64,000 nt of DNA from an uncultured Desulfospira sp. (GCA_963663165.1 OY760175.1:4032001-4096000), one strand, 5' to 3'. Positions 20,639-34,695 are shown, counted from the first letter of the stretch. The notes: a model not told the origin generated them from the sequence alone. A program made the numbers and translations.

Positions 20639-23038
20639 ATGAATCAAGCTGTACACAACAAAATTGTATCCTTTATCTGGTCCATTGCCGATGACTGTTT
20701 AAGAGACATTTACGTCAGGGGGAAATACCGGGATGTGATTTTGCCCATGGTGGTGCTGCGGCGCCTGGACAGCCTGCTGGAACCGTCCAAGGAGGCCGTG
20801 CTTCAGGAAGTCGCCTTTCAAAAAGAAGAGATGGGGCTGACGGAACTGGACGGCAAGGGCCTTGAAGATGCCGCAGGCTTTGTCTTTTACAACACCAGTA
20901 AATGGACCTTGAAAAAGCTGTTCGATACCGCCGGCAACAACCAGCAGATTTTAAAGGCCAATGTTCAGGAGTATCTTTCAGGATTTTCCGAAAACGTTAA
21001 AGAGATCATTGAAAAATTCAATCTGAAGGCCCAGGTTCGCCATATGGCGGCCAAGGATGTTCTGTATGATGTTTTAGAAAAATTCACATCCCCTTATTTG
21101 AATCTCACCCCCGATGAAAAATTCGACCCGGACGGCAACCCCATGCCGCCGTTAAGCAACCTGGGCATGGGGTATGTGTTTGAAGAGCTGATCCGCAAAT
21201 TCAACGAAGAGAACAATGAAGAGGCCGGAGAGCATTTTACCCCAAGAGAGGTAATTGAGCTGATGACCCGGCTTGTCTTTGAACCGGTAAAGGATAAGAT
21301 GCCCCCGGTGATCACCATCTATGACCCGGCCTGCGGGTCCGGCGGCATGCTCACGGAATCCCAGGCGTTTATTAAGCGGGAGACCGGGCGGCAGGCTGAT
21401 GACGGCTATATCTACCTGTACGGCAAGGAGATCAACGACGAAACCTATGCCATCTGTAAATCAGACATGATGATCAAGGGAAATGATCCGGGCTTTATCC
21501 GTCCTGACTCCACCCTTTCCACAGATGAATTTGCAGGCACCCGTTTTGATTTCATGCTCTCCAATCCGCCCTATGGGAAAAGCTGGGCCAGCGAGCAGAA
21601 ATTTATCAAAGACGGGGCAAACATCATTGATCCCCGGTTCAAGGTGCGCTTGAAAAATTATTGGGGTCAGCCTTTGGACGTGGACGCGGCTCCCCGGTCC
21701 AGCGACGGCCAGCTTTTGTTCTTAATGGAGATGGTCAGCAAAATGAAGACACCGGACCAGAACGTGTTCGGGTCGCGCATCGCCTCGGTTCACAACGGCT
21801 CTTCCCTGTTCACCGGGGATGCGGGAAGCGGGGAGAGCAATATCCGCCGCCACATCATTGAAAACGATCTGCTTGAAGCCGTTATCCAGATGCCCAATAA
21901 CCTGTTTTACAACACCGGCATCACCACTTATATCTGGCTATTGTCCAACAACAAGTGCGATGCCAAAAAAGGAAAGGTGCTGCTGGTTGACGGGTCCAGG
22001 TGTTTCCGAAAACTAAGAAAAAACCTGGGCAACAAAAACTGCGAATTTTCCGCCGACCATATCCGGGAAATTGCTTGGGCTTGCCAGGGCATGCAGCCCA
22101 TTGAGCCGGAGCAGGATGAAAAAGGCGAGGATACCGGTATTGCTGCCAAAGTGTTCTCAAACAGTGACTTTGGGTATTATAAGGTGACCATTGAGCGGCC
22201 GGACAGAAGATCGGCGCAGTTTACAAAAGAGCGCATCGCGCCCCTGAGGTTTGACAAGGCCTTTGCCGTGCCTATGGAATGGATCTACGAACAGTGGGGG
22301 GATGCGGTCTACACCCAGGGGTTTCTTGGGGATCATGAAAAAAAGATCCTGGCCTTCTGCGGGGATAACGGTGTGGCGTTAAATACCAAAAGCCGCAAAA
22401 AATTGTTCAGCCTGAGCCTGTGGGAAAAGCATAAAACCCTGGTTGAGGCGGCCAAAAAGCTGATGGAAGCCATGGGGCAGGACGAAAGCCGGGACTTCAA
22501 CCGGTTTAAGTCCCGGGTGGACCGTACCCTGAAAATCCTGGGCCTGAAACTGTCGGCCCCCCAGAAAAAGGCCATTTTAACGGCTGTGTCCCGGTATGAT
22601 GAAACCGCTAGAAGAGTCGTTAAAAAGAAAGTCAAATTGTCCGGGGAAAAGCTTGACACCCTGCTGGATCATTTAGGGTGCAGTAAGGCGGACCTGCCGG
22701 ACTTTGGATTTTATCCTGGGGCGGGTAAAAAGAACGAGTTTCTGACCTATGAGCCCTGTCCGGACCTTCGGGACCATGAGTCCGTGCCCCTGCAGGGGGA
22801 TATCCATGAATTTTTCAAATCAGAAGTCCTGCCCCATGTGCCCGAAGCCTGGATCAATCTGGATTCGGTGAAGATCGGTTATGAAATCAGTTTCAATAAA
22901 TACTTCTACCGCCATAAGCCTTTGCGGAGCATGGAAGAGGTGGCCCGGGACATCCTGGATCTGGAGCGTGAGGCCGAAGGGCTGATAGCCGATATTCTCG
23001 GCCTTGACGGGGCAGCGGTTTCAGGGGTGAAATCATGA
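20639..23038 (+). CDS. hsdM: Type I restriction-modification system methyltransferase subunit M
   Basis: GEHFTPREV, YDPACGSGG, NPPY motifs. Confidence 0.95.
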   Translation: MNQAVHNKIVSFIWSIADDCLRDIYVRGKYRDVILPMVVLRRLDSLLEPSKEAVLQEVAFQKEEMGLTELDGKGLEDAAGFVFYNTSKWTLKKLFDTAGNNQQILKANVQEYLSGFSENVKEIIEKFNLKAQVRHMAAKDVLYDVLEKFTSPYLNLTPDEKFDPDGNPMPPLSNLGMGYVFEELIRKFNEENNEEAGEHFTPREVIELMTRLVFEPVKDKMPPVITIYDPACGSGGMLTESQAFIKRETGRQADDGYIYLYGKEINDETYAICKSDMMIKGNDPGFIRPDSTLSTDEFAGTRFDFMLSNPPYGKSWASEQKFIKDGANIIDPRFKVRLKNYWGQPLDVDAAPRSSDGQLLFLMEMVSKMKTPDQNVFGSRIASVHNGSSLFTGDAGSGESNIRRHIIENDLLEAVIQMPNNLFYNTGITTYIWLLSNNKCDAKKGKVLLVDGSRCFRKLRKNLGNKNCEFSADHIREIAWACQGMQPIEPEQDEKGEDTGIAAKVFSNSDFGYYKVTIERPDRRSAQFTKERIAPLRFDKAFAVPMEWIYEQWGDAVYTQGFLGDHEKKILAFCGDNGVALNTKSRKKLFSLSLWEKHKTLVEAAKKLMEAMGQDESRDFNRFKSRVDRTLKILGLKLSAPQKKAILTAVSRYDETARRVVKKKVKLSGEKLDTLLDHLGCSKADLPDFGFYPGAGKKNEFLTYEPCPDLRDHESVPLQGDIHEFFKSEVLPHVPEAWINLDSVKIGYEISFNKYFYRHKPLRSMEEVARDILDLEREAEGLIADILGLDGAAVSGVKS

Positions 23039-24387
23039 CGGATCTTTTGCCTGTGATCCCTGGATATGAGGCTTATAAGGATTCCGGGGTGGAGTGGATT
23101 GGGGAGATTCCGGAATGTTGGGATGAAAAGCGTTTGAAATTTACATCAAAAATGATTGTAAGCAATGTCGATAAAATTGTGCGTGATTTTGAAACGCCTG
23201 TAAAATTATGCAATTACGTTGATGTTTATAAAAACAGTTATATAACTAATAAAATTTCCTTTATGGAGGTTTCAGCAACAGAAGAAGAAATTATTCGCTA
23301 CAAGATAGAAATTAACGATGTTTTAATAACAAAGGATTCCGAAGATTGGTTGGATATAGGAGTCCCAGCTTTGGTTAAACATGAAGAATCAAAACTTCTA
23401 TGTGGTTATCATCTCGCAATTCTTCGAGCGCAAAAACAAATTATTGGTCGATACTTATTTTGGGCTTTATTAGCTCAATACAATCGCATTCAACTTAGTC
23501 TCCTGGCGAATGGAATCACACGCTATGGAATTTCTCATAGCTCCATTAAAAACATTTGGTTGATATTGCCATGTACTCACGAACAAGTCTCTATAGCCAA
23601 TTTCCTTGACTGTAAAACAGCAAAAATCGACCAGGCCATTGCCATCAAAGAAAAGCAGATCCAGCTTCTCAAAGAGCGCAGGCAGATCTTAATTCAGAAT
23701 GCAGTGACAAAAGGCCTTGATTCCAATGTTCCCATGGCCGATTCAGGTGTGGAATGGATTGGGCAGATACCGGCGCATTGGCAGGTGAAGCGAGCCAAGT
23801 ACCTGTTTGTTGAAGTGGATGAACGCTCGACAACAGGCAAGGAAGAGTTGTTATCAGTTTCACACATGACCGGCGTCACCCCTCGTTCTGAAAAAAATGT
23901 AACCATGTTTATGGCTGAAGACTATACAGGTTCAAAAACCTGCCAAGAAAATGATTTGGTTTTTAACATTATGTGGACGTGGATGGGGGCGTTAGGGGTG
24001 TCTGACAGATCCGGCATAGTCAGCTCTTCCTACGGCATTTTCAGACAGCAAAAAGATGGTCAGTTTAATCCGAATTACCTTGAATTCCTCTTAAAAACAG
24101 GAAAGTATATTGAACATTATAACAAAGTTTCCACCGGCCTTCATTCATCGCGCTTGAGATTTTACGGGCATATGTTTTTAAATATGGAAATAGGCTTTCC
24201 CGACAGAAAAGAACAAGATCATATTGTCGCCCACATCCAGGCCCAGTCCGCCAAAATAGACCAGGCCGTAACCCTGCAGGAGCAGATGATAAAAAAGCTA
24301 AAAGAGTACAAGGCCACCCTGATCAACGCTGCCGTGACCGGAAAAATCAAGGTGCCGGACCCGGCCGCAAACAAATCTGTGGCATGA
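23035..24387 (+). CDS. hsdS: Type I R-M specificity subunit S
   Basis: Two DSGVEWIG(E/Q)IP conserved repeats, two TRDs, coiled-coil spacers, AVTGKI terminus. Confidence 0.95.
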   Translation: MTDLLPVIPGYEAYKDSGVEWIGEIPECWDEKRLKFTSKMIVSNVDKIVRDFETPVKLCNYVDVYKNSYITNKISFMEVSATEEEIIRYKIEINDVLITKDSEDWLDIGVPALVKHEESKLLCGYHLAILRAQKQIIGRYLFWALLAQYNRIQLSLLANGITRYGISHSSIKNIWLILPCTHEQVSIANFLDCKTAKIDQAIAIKEKQIQLLKERRQILIQNAVTKGLDSNVPMADSGVEWIGQIPAHWQVKRAKYLFVEVDERSTTGKEELLSVSHMTGVTPRSEKNVTMFMAEDYTGSKTCQENDLVFNIMWTWMGALGVSDRSGIVSSSYGIFRQQKDGQFNPNYLEFLLKTGKYIEHYNKVSTGLHSSRLRFYGHMFLNMEIGFPDRKEQDHIVAHIQAQSAKIDQAVTLQEQMIKKLKEYKATLINAAVTGKIKVPDPAANKSVA

Positions 24388-24406
24388 TGACAAAAGGATA
24401 CACCCA

Positions 24407-25390
24407 ATGACAGATGACAACCGCATTCAAATCTACCAGAGTCTGGACGGGGAGACCTGTGTGGATGTCCGGTTTGAGGAAGATACGGTCTGGCTAACCC
24501 AGGCCCAGATGGTTGAGTTGTTCAAGAGGGATGTGTCTGTTATTTCACGTCATATCAAAAATGCGCTTCGGGAAGGGGAGATCAATGAAAAAAGCAATTT
24601 GCAAAAAATGCAAATTGCTTTGTCCGACAAGCCGGTGACACTTTATGACCTGGATGTGGTCATCTCCGTGGGCTACCGGGTGAAATCCAGGCAGGGTGTG
24701 CAATTTCGCAGGTGGGCCACCCAGCGGTTACGCGAGGTTTTAGTCCAGGGGTATACCCTAAATCAGCAGCGGTTTAAAGAGAATGCCGCAGAACTAAAGC
24801 AGGCCCTGGCTCTGATTCAAAAGGCCGCCCAGTCCCCGGCCCTTGCCACGGATATGGGCCGGGGGCTCATCGACATCATGGGCCGGTATACCCAGACCTT
24901 TCTGTGGCTTCAGCAGTACGACGAAGGCCTGCTCAAAAGTCCGGCCGGTATTTCCGGCGGCACCCTTCCCACACCCGAACAGGCCATGGCATCCATCCAG
25001 GCGCTGAAAAAACAACTGATGGCCAAAGGTGAAGCCTCTGAACTGTTCGCCGGCATGTCCCGGCCCGACAGCATCGGGGCTATTTTTGGCAATCTGGACC
25101 AGACCGTGTTCGGGGAGCCGGCCTATCCCACCGTTGAAAGCAAGGCCGCCCACCTGTTGTATTTTGTGGTGAAAAACCATCCGTTCATTGACGGAAACAA
25201 ACGAAGCGGCGCGTTTTTATTTGTCGATTTTCTTCACCGCAACAACCGCCTGATAAGGGCCAATGGTGCGCCGGTCATCAATGACACAGGACTTGCGGCG
25301 CTGACCCTGCTGGTGGCCGAATCCGATCCAAAGCAAAAAGAGACCCTGATCAAACTGATAATGAATCTGCTGTGCGAACCTGAAATTTAG
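24407..25390 (+). CDS. rhuM: RhuM-family protein fused to a Fic/Doc domain
   Basis: TVWLTQAQMVELF, VISVGYRVKS..G.QFRRWAT (RhuM); HPFIDGNKRSG (Fic/Doc). Confidence 0.88.
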   Translation: MTDDNRIQIYQSLDGETCVDVRFEEDTVWLTQAQMVELFKRDVSVISRHIKNALREGEINEKSNLQKMQIALSDKPVTLYDLDVVISVGYRVKSRQGVQFRRWATQRLREVLVQGYTLNQQRFKENAAELKQALALIQKAAQSPALATDMGRGLIDIMGRYTQTFLWLQQYDEGLLKSPAGISGGTLPTPEQAMASIQALKKQLMAKGEASELFAGMSRPDSIGAIFGNLDQTVFGEPAYPTVESKAAHLLYFVVKNHPFIDGNKRSGAFLFVDFLHRNNRLIRANGAPVINDTGLAALTLLVAESDPKQKETLIKLIMNLLCEPEI

Positions 25391-25417
25391 CATTCCCCCT
25401 AAGGAAAGGAGTGTCCC

Positions 25418-28400
25418 GTGGTCAGCCAAACCAATGAACAGGCCCTGGAAATTGCCATTGAAAAAAAGTTGACCGGCACCTGTCTTGAGGATCTTAAATC
25501 AGGCGACCTCAAAACAGCGGCCCCGCATGATAATCCGGGTAATGATCCGGATAAATTCGAAGTGGCGGAAGTCCAGGTTCCCTTTGAAACCCACCATGGC
25601 TATGAGACCGGGTATCCCCAGCACTTCAACCCAGGGTTTGCCGTTGATGAAGAAAAGTTCTGGGCCTTTCTTGAAAAGACCCAGGAAAAAGAAGTTGAAA
25701 AGCTGAAAAGCAAAAGTGCCGGCACCGATGAATGGCAGCGAAAGATCCTTGAGCGCCTGGACCGGATGATCAGGACAAAGGGGCTTTTACACCTGCTCAA
25801 AAAGGGGTTAAGCATTGATGATGCCCATTTTTCACTCTTTTATCCGGCCCCGCTGGCAAGCTCTGCGGTTCGGGTAACACAGCAGTTTCAAAGCAATGTG
25901 TTCAGCGCCACAAGACAGGTGCATTACTCCCTGGACGACCCCAAAGAATCCATAGACCTTGTGCTGTTTATCAACGGCCTTGCCTTTGCCACCCTGGAAC
26001 TGAAGAACCCCTGGACCGGCCAGACCGCCAGGTTTCACGGCCAGAAACAGTACCGTACCCGACGGGACAATACCCAGCCCCTGCTCCGGTTTGGCCGGTG
26101 CCTGGTCCATATGGCCGTGGATACCGACGAGGTGTATATGACCACCCGGCTTGCCGGTAAATCCACGTTTTTTCTGCCCTTTAACAAGGGGCATGATCTG
26201 GGTGCCGGAAATCCCCCCAATCCAAACGGCCATAAATCCGCCTACCTTTGGGAGGAGGTTTTCAGCAAAGCAAGCATTGCCAACATCCTAGAGCATTTTG
26301 TGCGGCTGGACGGCAAACCCAAAGACCCGCTGAACAAGCGGACCCTGTTTTTCCCCCGGTATCACCAGATGGATGTGGTTCGAAAATTGATCGCCCACGC
26401 TGCTGAAAACGGGGTGGGGCAGACTTATCTGATCCAGCACTCTGCCGGGTCCGGCAAATCCAACTCCATCACCTGGGCCGCCTACCAACTCATCGAGACC
26501 TACCCCCAGCATATTCAGGTACCCGGTGCAAAGGGTCTGGAGCGTCCGCTGTTTGATTCGGTGATCGTGGTCACGGACCGGCGTCTTCTGGATAAGCAGC
26601 TGCGGGAAACCATCAGGGAATTCAGCGAAGTAAAAAATATCATTGCCCCGGCATACCGTTCCGCAGATTTAAAAGCGGCCCTGGAACAGGGAAAAAAGGT
26701 CATCATCACAACCATCCAGAAATTTCCCTTTATCCTGGACGGAATCAGTGACTTGAGCCAAAAAACCTTTGCTGTGATTATCGACGAGGCCCACAGCTCC
26801 CAGAGCGGTTCCGCCCATGACAACATGAACCGGGTCATGGGTACGGCAGCGGACAGCAACAGCGACAATGAGGCCCGAAAAGACAATCAGGATGAAAATC
26901 AGGATGACGCCCAGGACAAGATCCTCAAGGCCATGGCCCAACGAAAAATGCGGGGCAATGCCTCCTATTTTGCCTTTACCGCCACCCCCAAAAATACCAC
27001 CCTTGAAAAATTCGGCGTAAAACAGCCTGACGGACAATTTACGCCCTTCCACCTCTATTCAATGAAACAGGCCATCCAGGAAGGGTTTATCCTGGATGTT
27101 CTGGCCAATTACACCACCTATAAAAGCTATTACGAAATCCAGAAATCCATACAGGATAATCCCCTGTTTAACACCACAAAAGCCCAGAAACGACTTCGGG
27201 CCTATGTGGAGCGCCACCAGCAGACCATCAATATCAAGGCTGAAATTATCCTTGAGCACTTTATCCCCTGTGTGGTGAACGCTAAAAAGCTTAAAGGCAA
27301 AGCCAAGGGCATGGTCATCACCCAGAATATTGAAGCGGCCATCCGGTATTACAGGGCCATTTGCCGGATACTGGATGAAAAGGGCAATCCGTTCAGGGCG
27401 CTGATTGCCTTTTCCGGCCACAAGGAGGTGGACGGCATTGAATATACCGAAAGCCTGATGAATGGATTTAGTGACAGTGAAACCAGGGACCGGTTCGATG
27501 GCGACGACTGCCGCCTGCTGGTGGTGGCCAACAAATATCTGACCGGATTTGACCAGCCCAGACTGTCGGCCATGTACGTGGATAAAAAACTGCAACATGT
27601 TCTGGCGGTCCAGGCCCTGTCCCGGTTAAACCGCTCTGCACAGGCTTTGGGCAAAAAGACCGAAGACCTGTTCATCCTTGATTTTTTTAACAGCGTGGAG
27701 GATATAAAAACGGCTTTTGACAGTTTCTATACGGCTACAAGCCTGTCCCGGGCCACGAATGTCAATGTCCTGCATGAACTTAAAAGCTTTTTAGATGAGC
27801 CCGGCGTGTATGAGTGGCAGGAAGTAGAGCAGTTTGTCTCCCTCTATTTCAACAATGCCGATGCCCAGCAGTTAAGCCCCTTTATTGATGTGGCAGCCCA
27901 TCGCTTTAACAAAGAACTTGAACTTGAAGACCAGGACAAGGCCGACTTTAAGATCAAGGCCAAGCAGTTTGTCAAAATTTACGGGCAGATGGCATCCATC
28001 ATGCCCTTTGAGGTTGTGGAATGGGAAAAACTGTTCTGGTTTTTAAAATTTCTAATTCCAAAATTGGTGGTCAAAGACCCCCAGGCGGATGAAATAGATG
28101 AATTGCTCAACTCGGTTGATCTGTCTTCCTATGGATTGCAGCGGGTAAAACTGAACCAGCAGATCCGCCTGGATGAAGAAGAAACCATTTTGGAACCTCA
28201 GAATCCGAATCCGCGGGGTGCCCATGACGGTGATGAAGAGCATGATCCCTTAGATGACATCATCCGCGATTTCAATGAACGCTGGTTCCAGGGCTGGAGT
28301 GCGACTCCCCAGGAGCAGCGGGTTAAATTTTTGAGTATTGCAGACAGCATCAAGGCCCATCCGGATTTTGACGACAAGTATAAAAAAAATCAGGATACCC

Positions 28401-28549
28401 AGACCCGGATTTTGGCGTTTCAAAAAATATTTGAGGATGTCATGCTCAAAAAGCGGCGCGACGAACTGGAATTGTACAAACTTCTGGCCGGCGATGCCGC
28501 ATTCAAGTCAGCCATGCAGCAGAGTTTAAGACGGATTGTGGACGGATAA
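25418..28549 (+). CDS. hsdR: Type I R-M restriction subunit R
   Basis: DLVLFINGL...ELKN nuclease motif, QHSAGSGKS, DEAH, FTATP, KYLTGFDQP; GTG start with RBS. Confidence 0.95.
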   Translation: MVSQTNEQALEIAIEKKLTGTCLEDLKSGDLKTAAPHDNPGNDPDKFEVAEVQVPFETHHGYETGYPQHFNPGFAVDEEKFWAFLEKTQEKEVEKLKSKSAGTDEWQRKILERLDRMIRTKGLLHLLKKGLSIDDAHFSLFYPAPLASSAVRVTQQFQSNVFSATRQVHYSLDDPKESIDLVLFINGLAFATLELKNPWTGQTARFHGQKQYRTRRDNTQPLLRFGRCLVHMAVDTDEVYMTTRLAGKSTFFLPFNKGHDLGAGNPPNPNGHKSAYLWEEVFSKASIANILEHFVRLDGKPKDPLNKRTLFFPRYHQMDVVRKLIAHAAENGVGQTYLIQHSAGSGKSNSITWAAYQLIETYPQHIQVPGAKGLERPLFDSVIVVTDRRLLDKQLRETIREFSEVKNIIAPAYRSADLKAALEQGKKVIITTIQKFPFILDGISDLSQKTFAVIIDEAHSSQSGSAHDNMNRVMGTAADSNSDNEARKDNQDENQDDAQDKILKAMAQRKMRGNASYFAFTATPKNTTLEKFGVKQPDGQFTPFHLYSMKQAIQEGFILDVLANYTTYKSYYEIQKSIQDNPLFNTTKAQKRLRAYVERHQQTINIKAEIILEHFIPCVVNAKKLKGKAKGMVITQNIEAAIRYYRAICRILDEKGNPFRALIAFSGHKEVDGIEYTESLMNGFSDSETRDRFDGDDCRLLVVANKYLTGFDQPRLSAMYVDKKLQHVLAVQALSRLNRSAQALGKKTEDLFILDFFNSVEDIKTAFDSFYTATSLSRATNVNVLHELKSFLDEPGVYEWQEVEQFVSLYFNNADAQQLSPFIDVAAHRFNKELELEDQDKADFKIKAKQFVKIYGQMASIMPFEVVEWEKLFWFLKFLIPKLVVKDPQADEIDELLNSVDLSSYGLQRVKLNQQIRLDEEETILEPQNPNPRGAHDGDEEHDPLDDIIRDFNERWFQGWSATPQEQRVKFLSIADSIKAHPDFDDKYKKNQDTQTRILAFQKIFEDVMLKKRRDELELYKLLAGDAAFKSAMQQSLRRIVDG

Positions 28550-28656
28550 ACAAAAGGCCCTCAAGTTTCACCGTTTTTGGATTCTGTGTTTGATCACCGC
28601 TCCCTCATTTGCCGACGAGGCCAGCCGGGAATAAAGGCTTAAGGACCGCAAATTTT

Positions 28657-28787
28657 ATAAAGTGATCAAAATTACTTGTTCTTTGACTCATCTACTGCGT
28701 TGCATCAAAGGCCCAATAGCCCTACTATTGGGCCTTTGATGCGCCTTGTATATGAGCCAAAGCCCGGCGCAATTTTGACCACTTTAT
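28657..28787. repeat. 131-bp nested palindromic element (MITE-like)
   Basis: Outer IR ataaagtgatcaaaatt / aattttgaccactttat (16/17); middle IR ctttgactcat / atgagccaaag; inner perfect 18-bp IR gcatcaaaggcccaatag / ctattgggcctttgatgc. Confidence 0.8.
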
Positions 28788-29292
28788 TTCATCTGAGGTC
28801 CTAAGTATCCTTTTTGAATTTTGGGTTCCGGTTTTGTCCATTTTTGCAACCGCCGGGCGATCTCATCATCGGTGAGATGCAGGTGAACAGATCCCACCGC
28901 AGATCGCCTCACCCGACTCTGTTCGGCAAGCCGCAGGCGATCGGCATAGACAGCCGGTATGGCCGCCCCGTCGGTCAGGCTCATCCCTAAGGCCTCGGCT
29001 AGGCAGTGTATAGTTGGGGTTTCTCATGGTAACGGCATCGCACAGCCCGATGGTGCCGAATTCAAACACCGTCCCGCCGGCCCGGTGAATTCCCTTTTTG
29101 ACCTGCTCACTGATCTGATTAAGGGTGAAGTGTCCCGGAATAAAGGTGTTCCAGGTATTGGCAATACCAATCACCGGTCTTTTGGTGGTCAGGTCATCGT
29201 CGGAATAGCCCATGGCCTTGACAACATTTCGCATATCCGCGTTTTCCAGGCCGACAAATGATGCTTGGCTTTTCAGTTTTTTTTTCAGCCAA
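28784..29292 (-). pseudogene. ilvD: Dihydroxy-acid dehydratase (IlvD/Edd family) remnant with internal deletions
   Basis: N-terminal RPVIGIANTWN...PGH...EFGTIGLCD...YTLPSR, mid-gene MSLTDGAAIPAVYADRLRLAEQS and C-terminal LTDDEIARRLQKWTKPEPKIQKGYL all lie within ~500 bp; a 9-A run puts the probable TTG start (29292) out of frame. Confidence 0.8.
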
Positions 29293-29406
29293 TGTTACTC
29301 TTCCTGAACGGTTGGTCATATAAAATCATAATATACCAGAGCGGTTCATCACGGTTTGGATGAAACCGAATCACCGTTTTTTTAATTCGTATATCAATGT
29401 CATCAT

Positions 29407-30021
29407 TTATATTTTGGGGGAAAAGATAACAATCAGGGATCTGGCCACCCCGCCGATCCCCCTGAGGGCGTGGGGAATGCTCGAATCAAAGTAAATACTG
29501 TCCCCTTTTTCCAGGTGGTGGATCTGATCGGCGCTTTTAAACTCCACAATGCCGTCCAGGATAAAATGAAACTCTTCTCCCTGGTGGTCGTTGAAGGTCA
29601 TTTCCTGTTCTTCCAGGGGTTCGATTTCCACCACAAAGGGTTCCATCTGCTTGCCCACCATGGGATAGGCCAGGGATTCCCACCGGTAGCCGATCCGTTT
29701 TTCATCCTTGTGGTGAAAGAGTTTTTTAACGCTGTACCGCTCGTCTTTTCTGACCACAACAATCCGGTCATCCTTGTCATGGTCCCGGAAAAAATGGGAT
29801 ATTTTAACCCCTAAAGCCGTGGATATCTTAATTAAGGTGGCAATGGGGGGCGCTGCAATATTGTTTTCAATCTGGGACAGAAGCGGTTTGGACAGTCCTG
29901 TAATATTGGATACTTCCTGAAGGGTCAACGCCCGCTGCTTTCTTAACTTTCTGATTTTATTGCCCAGGTTCAGGGCCGCAACCTCTTCTTTGACTTTATT
30001 TTCTATGGGGTCGTCGGGCAT
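29407..30021 (-). CDS. XRE-family transcriptional regulator with C-terminal cupin domain
   Basis: HTH LTLQEVSNITGLSKPLLSQIEN; cupin HQGEEF...GDSIYFDSSIPH. Confidence 0.92.
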   Translation of the reverse strand: MPDDPIENKVKEEVAALNLGNKIRKLRKQRALTLQEVSNITGLSKPLLSQIENNIAAPPIATLIKISTALGVKISHFFRDHDKDDRIVVVRKDERYSVKKLFHHKDEKRIGYRWESLAYPMVGKQMEPFVVEIEPLEEQEMTFNDHQGEEFHFILDGIVEFKSADQIHHLEKGDSIYFDSSIPHALRGIGGVARSLIVIFSPKI

Positions 30022-30176
30022 AACAGATAGAAGATTCCTTTAAATATTTTTATGATTACTAAAAAAAGTTTAACATGATGAAACTTTTGGATCAATCATA
30101 AATTACATATAGGGATTCAGGCTGAAGGGCGTCAGGCTGAAGGAATATGTCATCCTAATCCCCTGATGATTAAGGC

Positions 30177-30208
30177 AAAAAAAGGGGCTGGATTGCCCAG
30201 CCCCTTTT
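30177..30208 (-). terminator. Intrinsic terminator of the PFOR gene
   Basis: Stem aaaaggggctgg / ccagcccctttt with a U-tract on the minus strand, just downstream of the stop at 30243. Confidence 0.8.
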
Positions 30209-30242
30209 GGTATTCATGGCTTAAGCCTGATTAACCGGTTGG

Positions 30243-33915
<3,673 letters not shown>

Positions 33916-34077
33916 CAATATATGGCTTGAATTGTAAAGATACGGATAATAAATCGGATTCAGTAAATATTTAACCCTTTTCAAGGCTTGTTTATTTTTT
34001 CTATCCTGTGCTATACTCGCTCTTCATGAGTTAAAATTATTTACCAAATAAAAACAAATAGTTATAAAGGAGAATCC

Positions 34078-34692
34078 ATGGGATTTCTATCTTCTTCCCA
34101 TTCCATCAGCCGATACCATATAGAGGGTGAATTTGAAGACCAGGTCATGGAAACCATCAGAAACGGCCTGCTTAAAAACGCCATGCCGCCCATTGAAAGA
34201 GAACAGGAGGAAATTTCAGCGGGATGGGTTCCTTTTGAAAGCCCCTATGTTCCTGATTTTGAAAAATTTTCTTTTACTTTTGGTACGGTTTTTGTCTTTT
34301 CCCTAAGAATTGATAAAAAATCCATCCCCGCCAAACTGGTGCAAAAACATATGGCCATTGAAGTTGAAAAGAAAAAAGAAAAAACCGGCCGGGATTTTAT
34401 TTCAAAAAATGAAAAAGCTGAGATAAAAGAAATGATCACGGATATGCTGTTAACACAGATGCCGTCCATCCCCAATGTCTATGATGTGGTCTGGAACTAT
34501 GAAGAAAAAAATCTGATGCTGTTCACCACCCAGAAGGCCGTCAATGAATTTTTTGAAACCATTTTTCTAAAATCATTTAATCTTAAGGCCATCCGGATTT
34601 TTCCCTATACCCTGGTGGAAAAAAAATCCACATTCACCGCCCCGGAAAAAGACAGAATTCTGACCCTTTCCCCATTAAGTTTAAAGAGGTAA
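34078..34692 (+). CDS. rdgC: Recombination-associated protein RdgC-like (short, N-terminal-type)
   Basis: SAGWVP, LRIDKKSIPAKLV, KAEIKEMI..LL...P pattern of the RdgC N-terminal half; AAGGAG RBS. Confidence 0.7.
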   Translation: MGFLSSSHSISRYHIEGEFEDQVMETIRNGLLKNAMPPIEREQEEISAGWVPFESPYVPDFEKFSFTFGTVFVFSLRIDKKSIPAKLVQKHMAIEVEKKKEKTGRDFISKNEKAEIKEMITDMLLTQMPSIPNVYDVVWNYEEKNLMLFTTQKAVNEFFETIFLKSFNLKAIRIFPYTLVEKKSTFTAPEKDRILTLSPLSLKR

Positions 34693-34695
34693 CCC

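Noticed and set aside
23035..24387. hsdS internal repeats as a phase-variable shufflon
   Set aside because: The repeats are the normal direct conserved regions; there is no silent inverted hsdS copy or recombinase in the window.
20529..28790. Type I R-M block as an integrative element or prophage
   Set aside because: No integrase, tRNA target, att-like direct repeats or phage genes were recognised.
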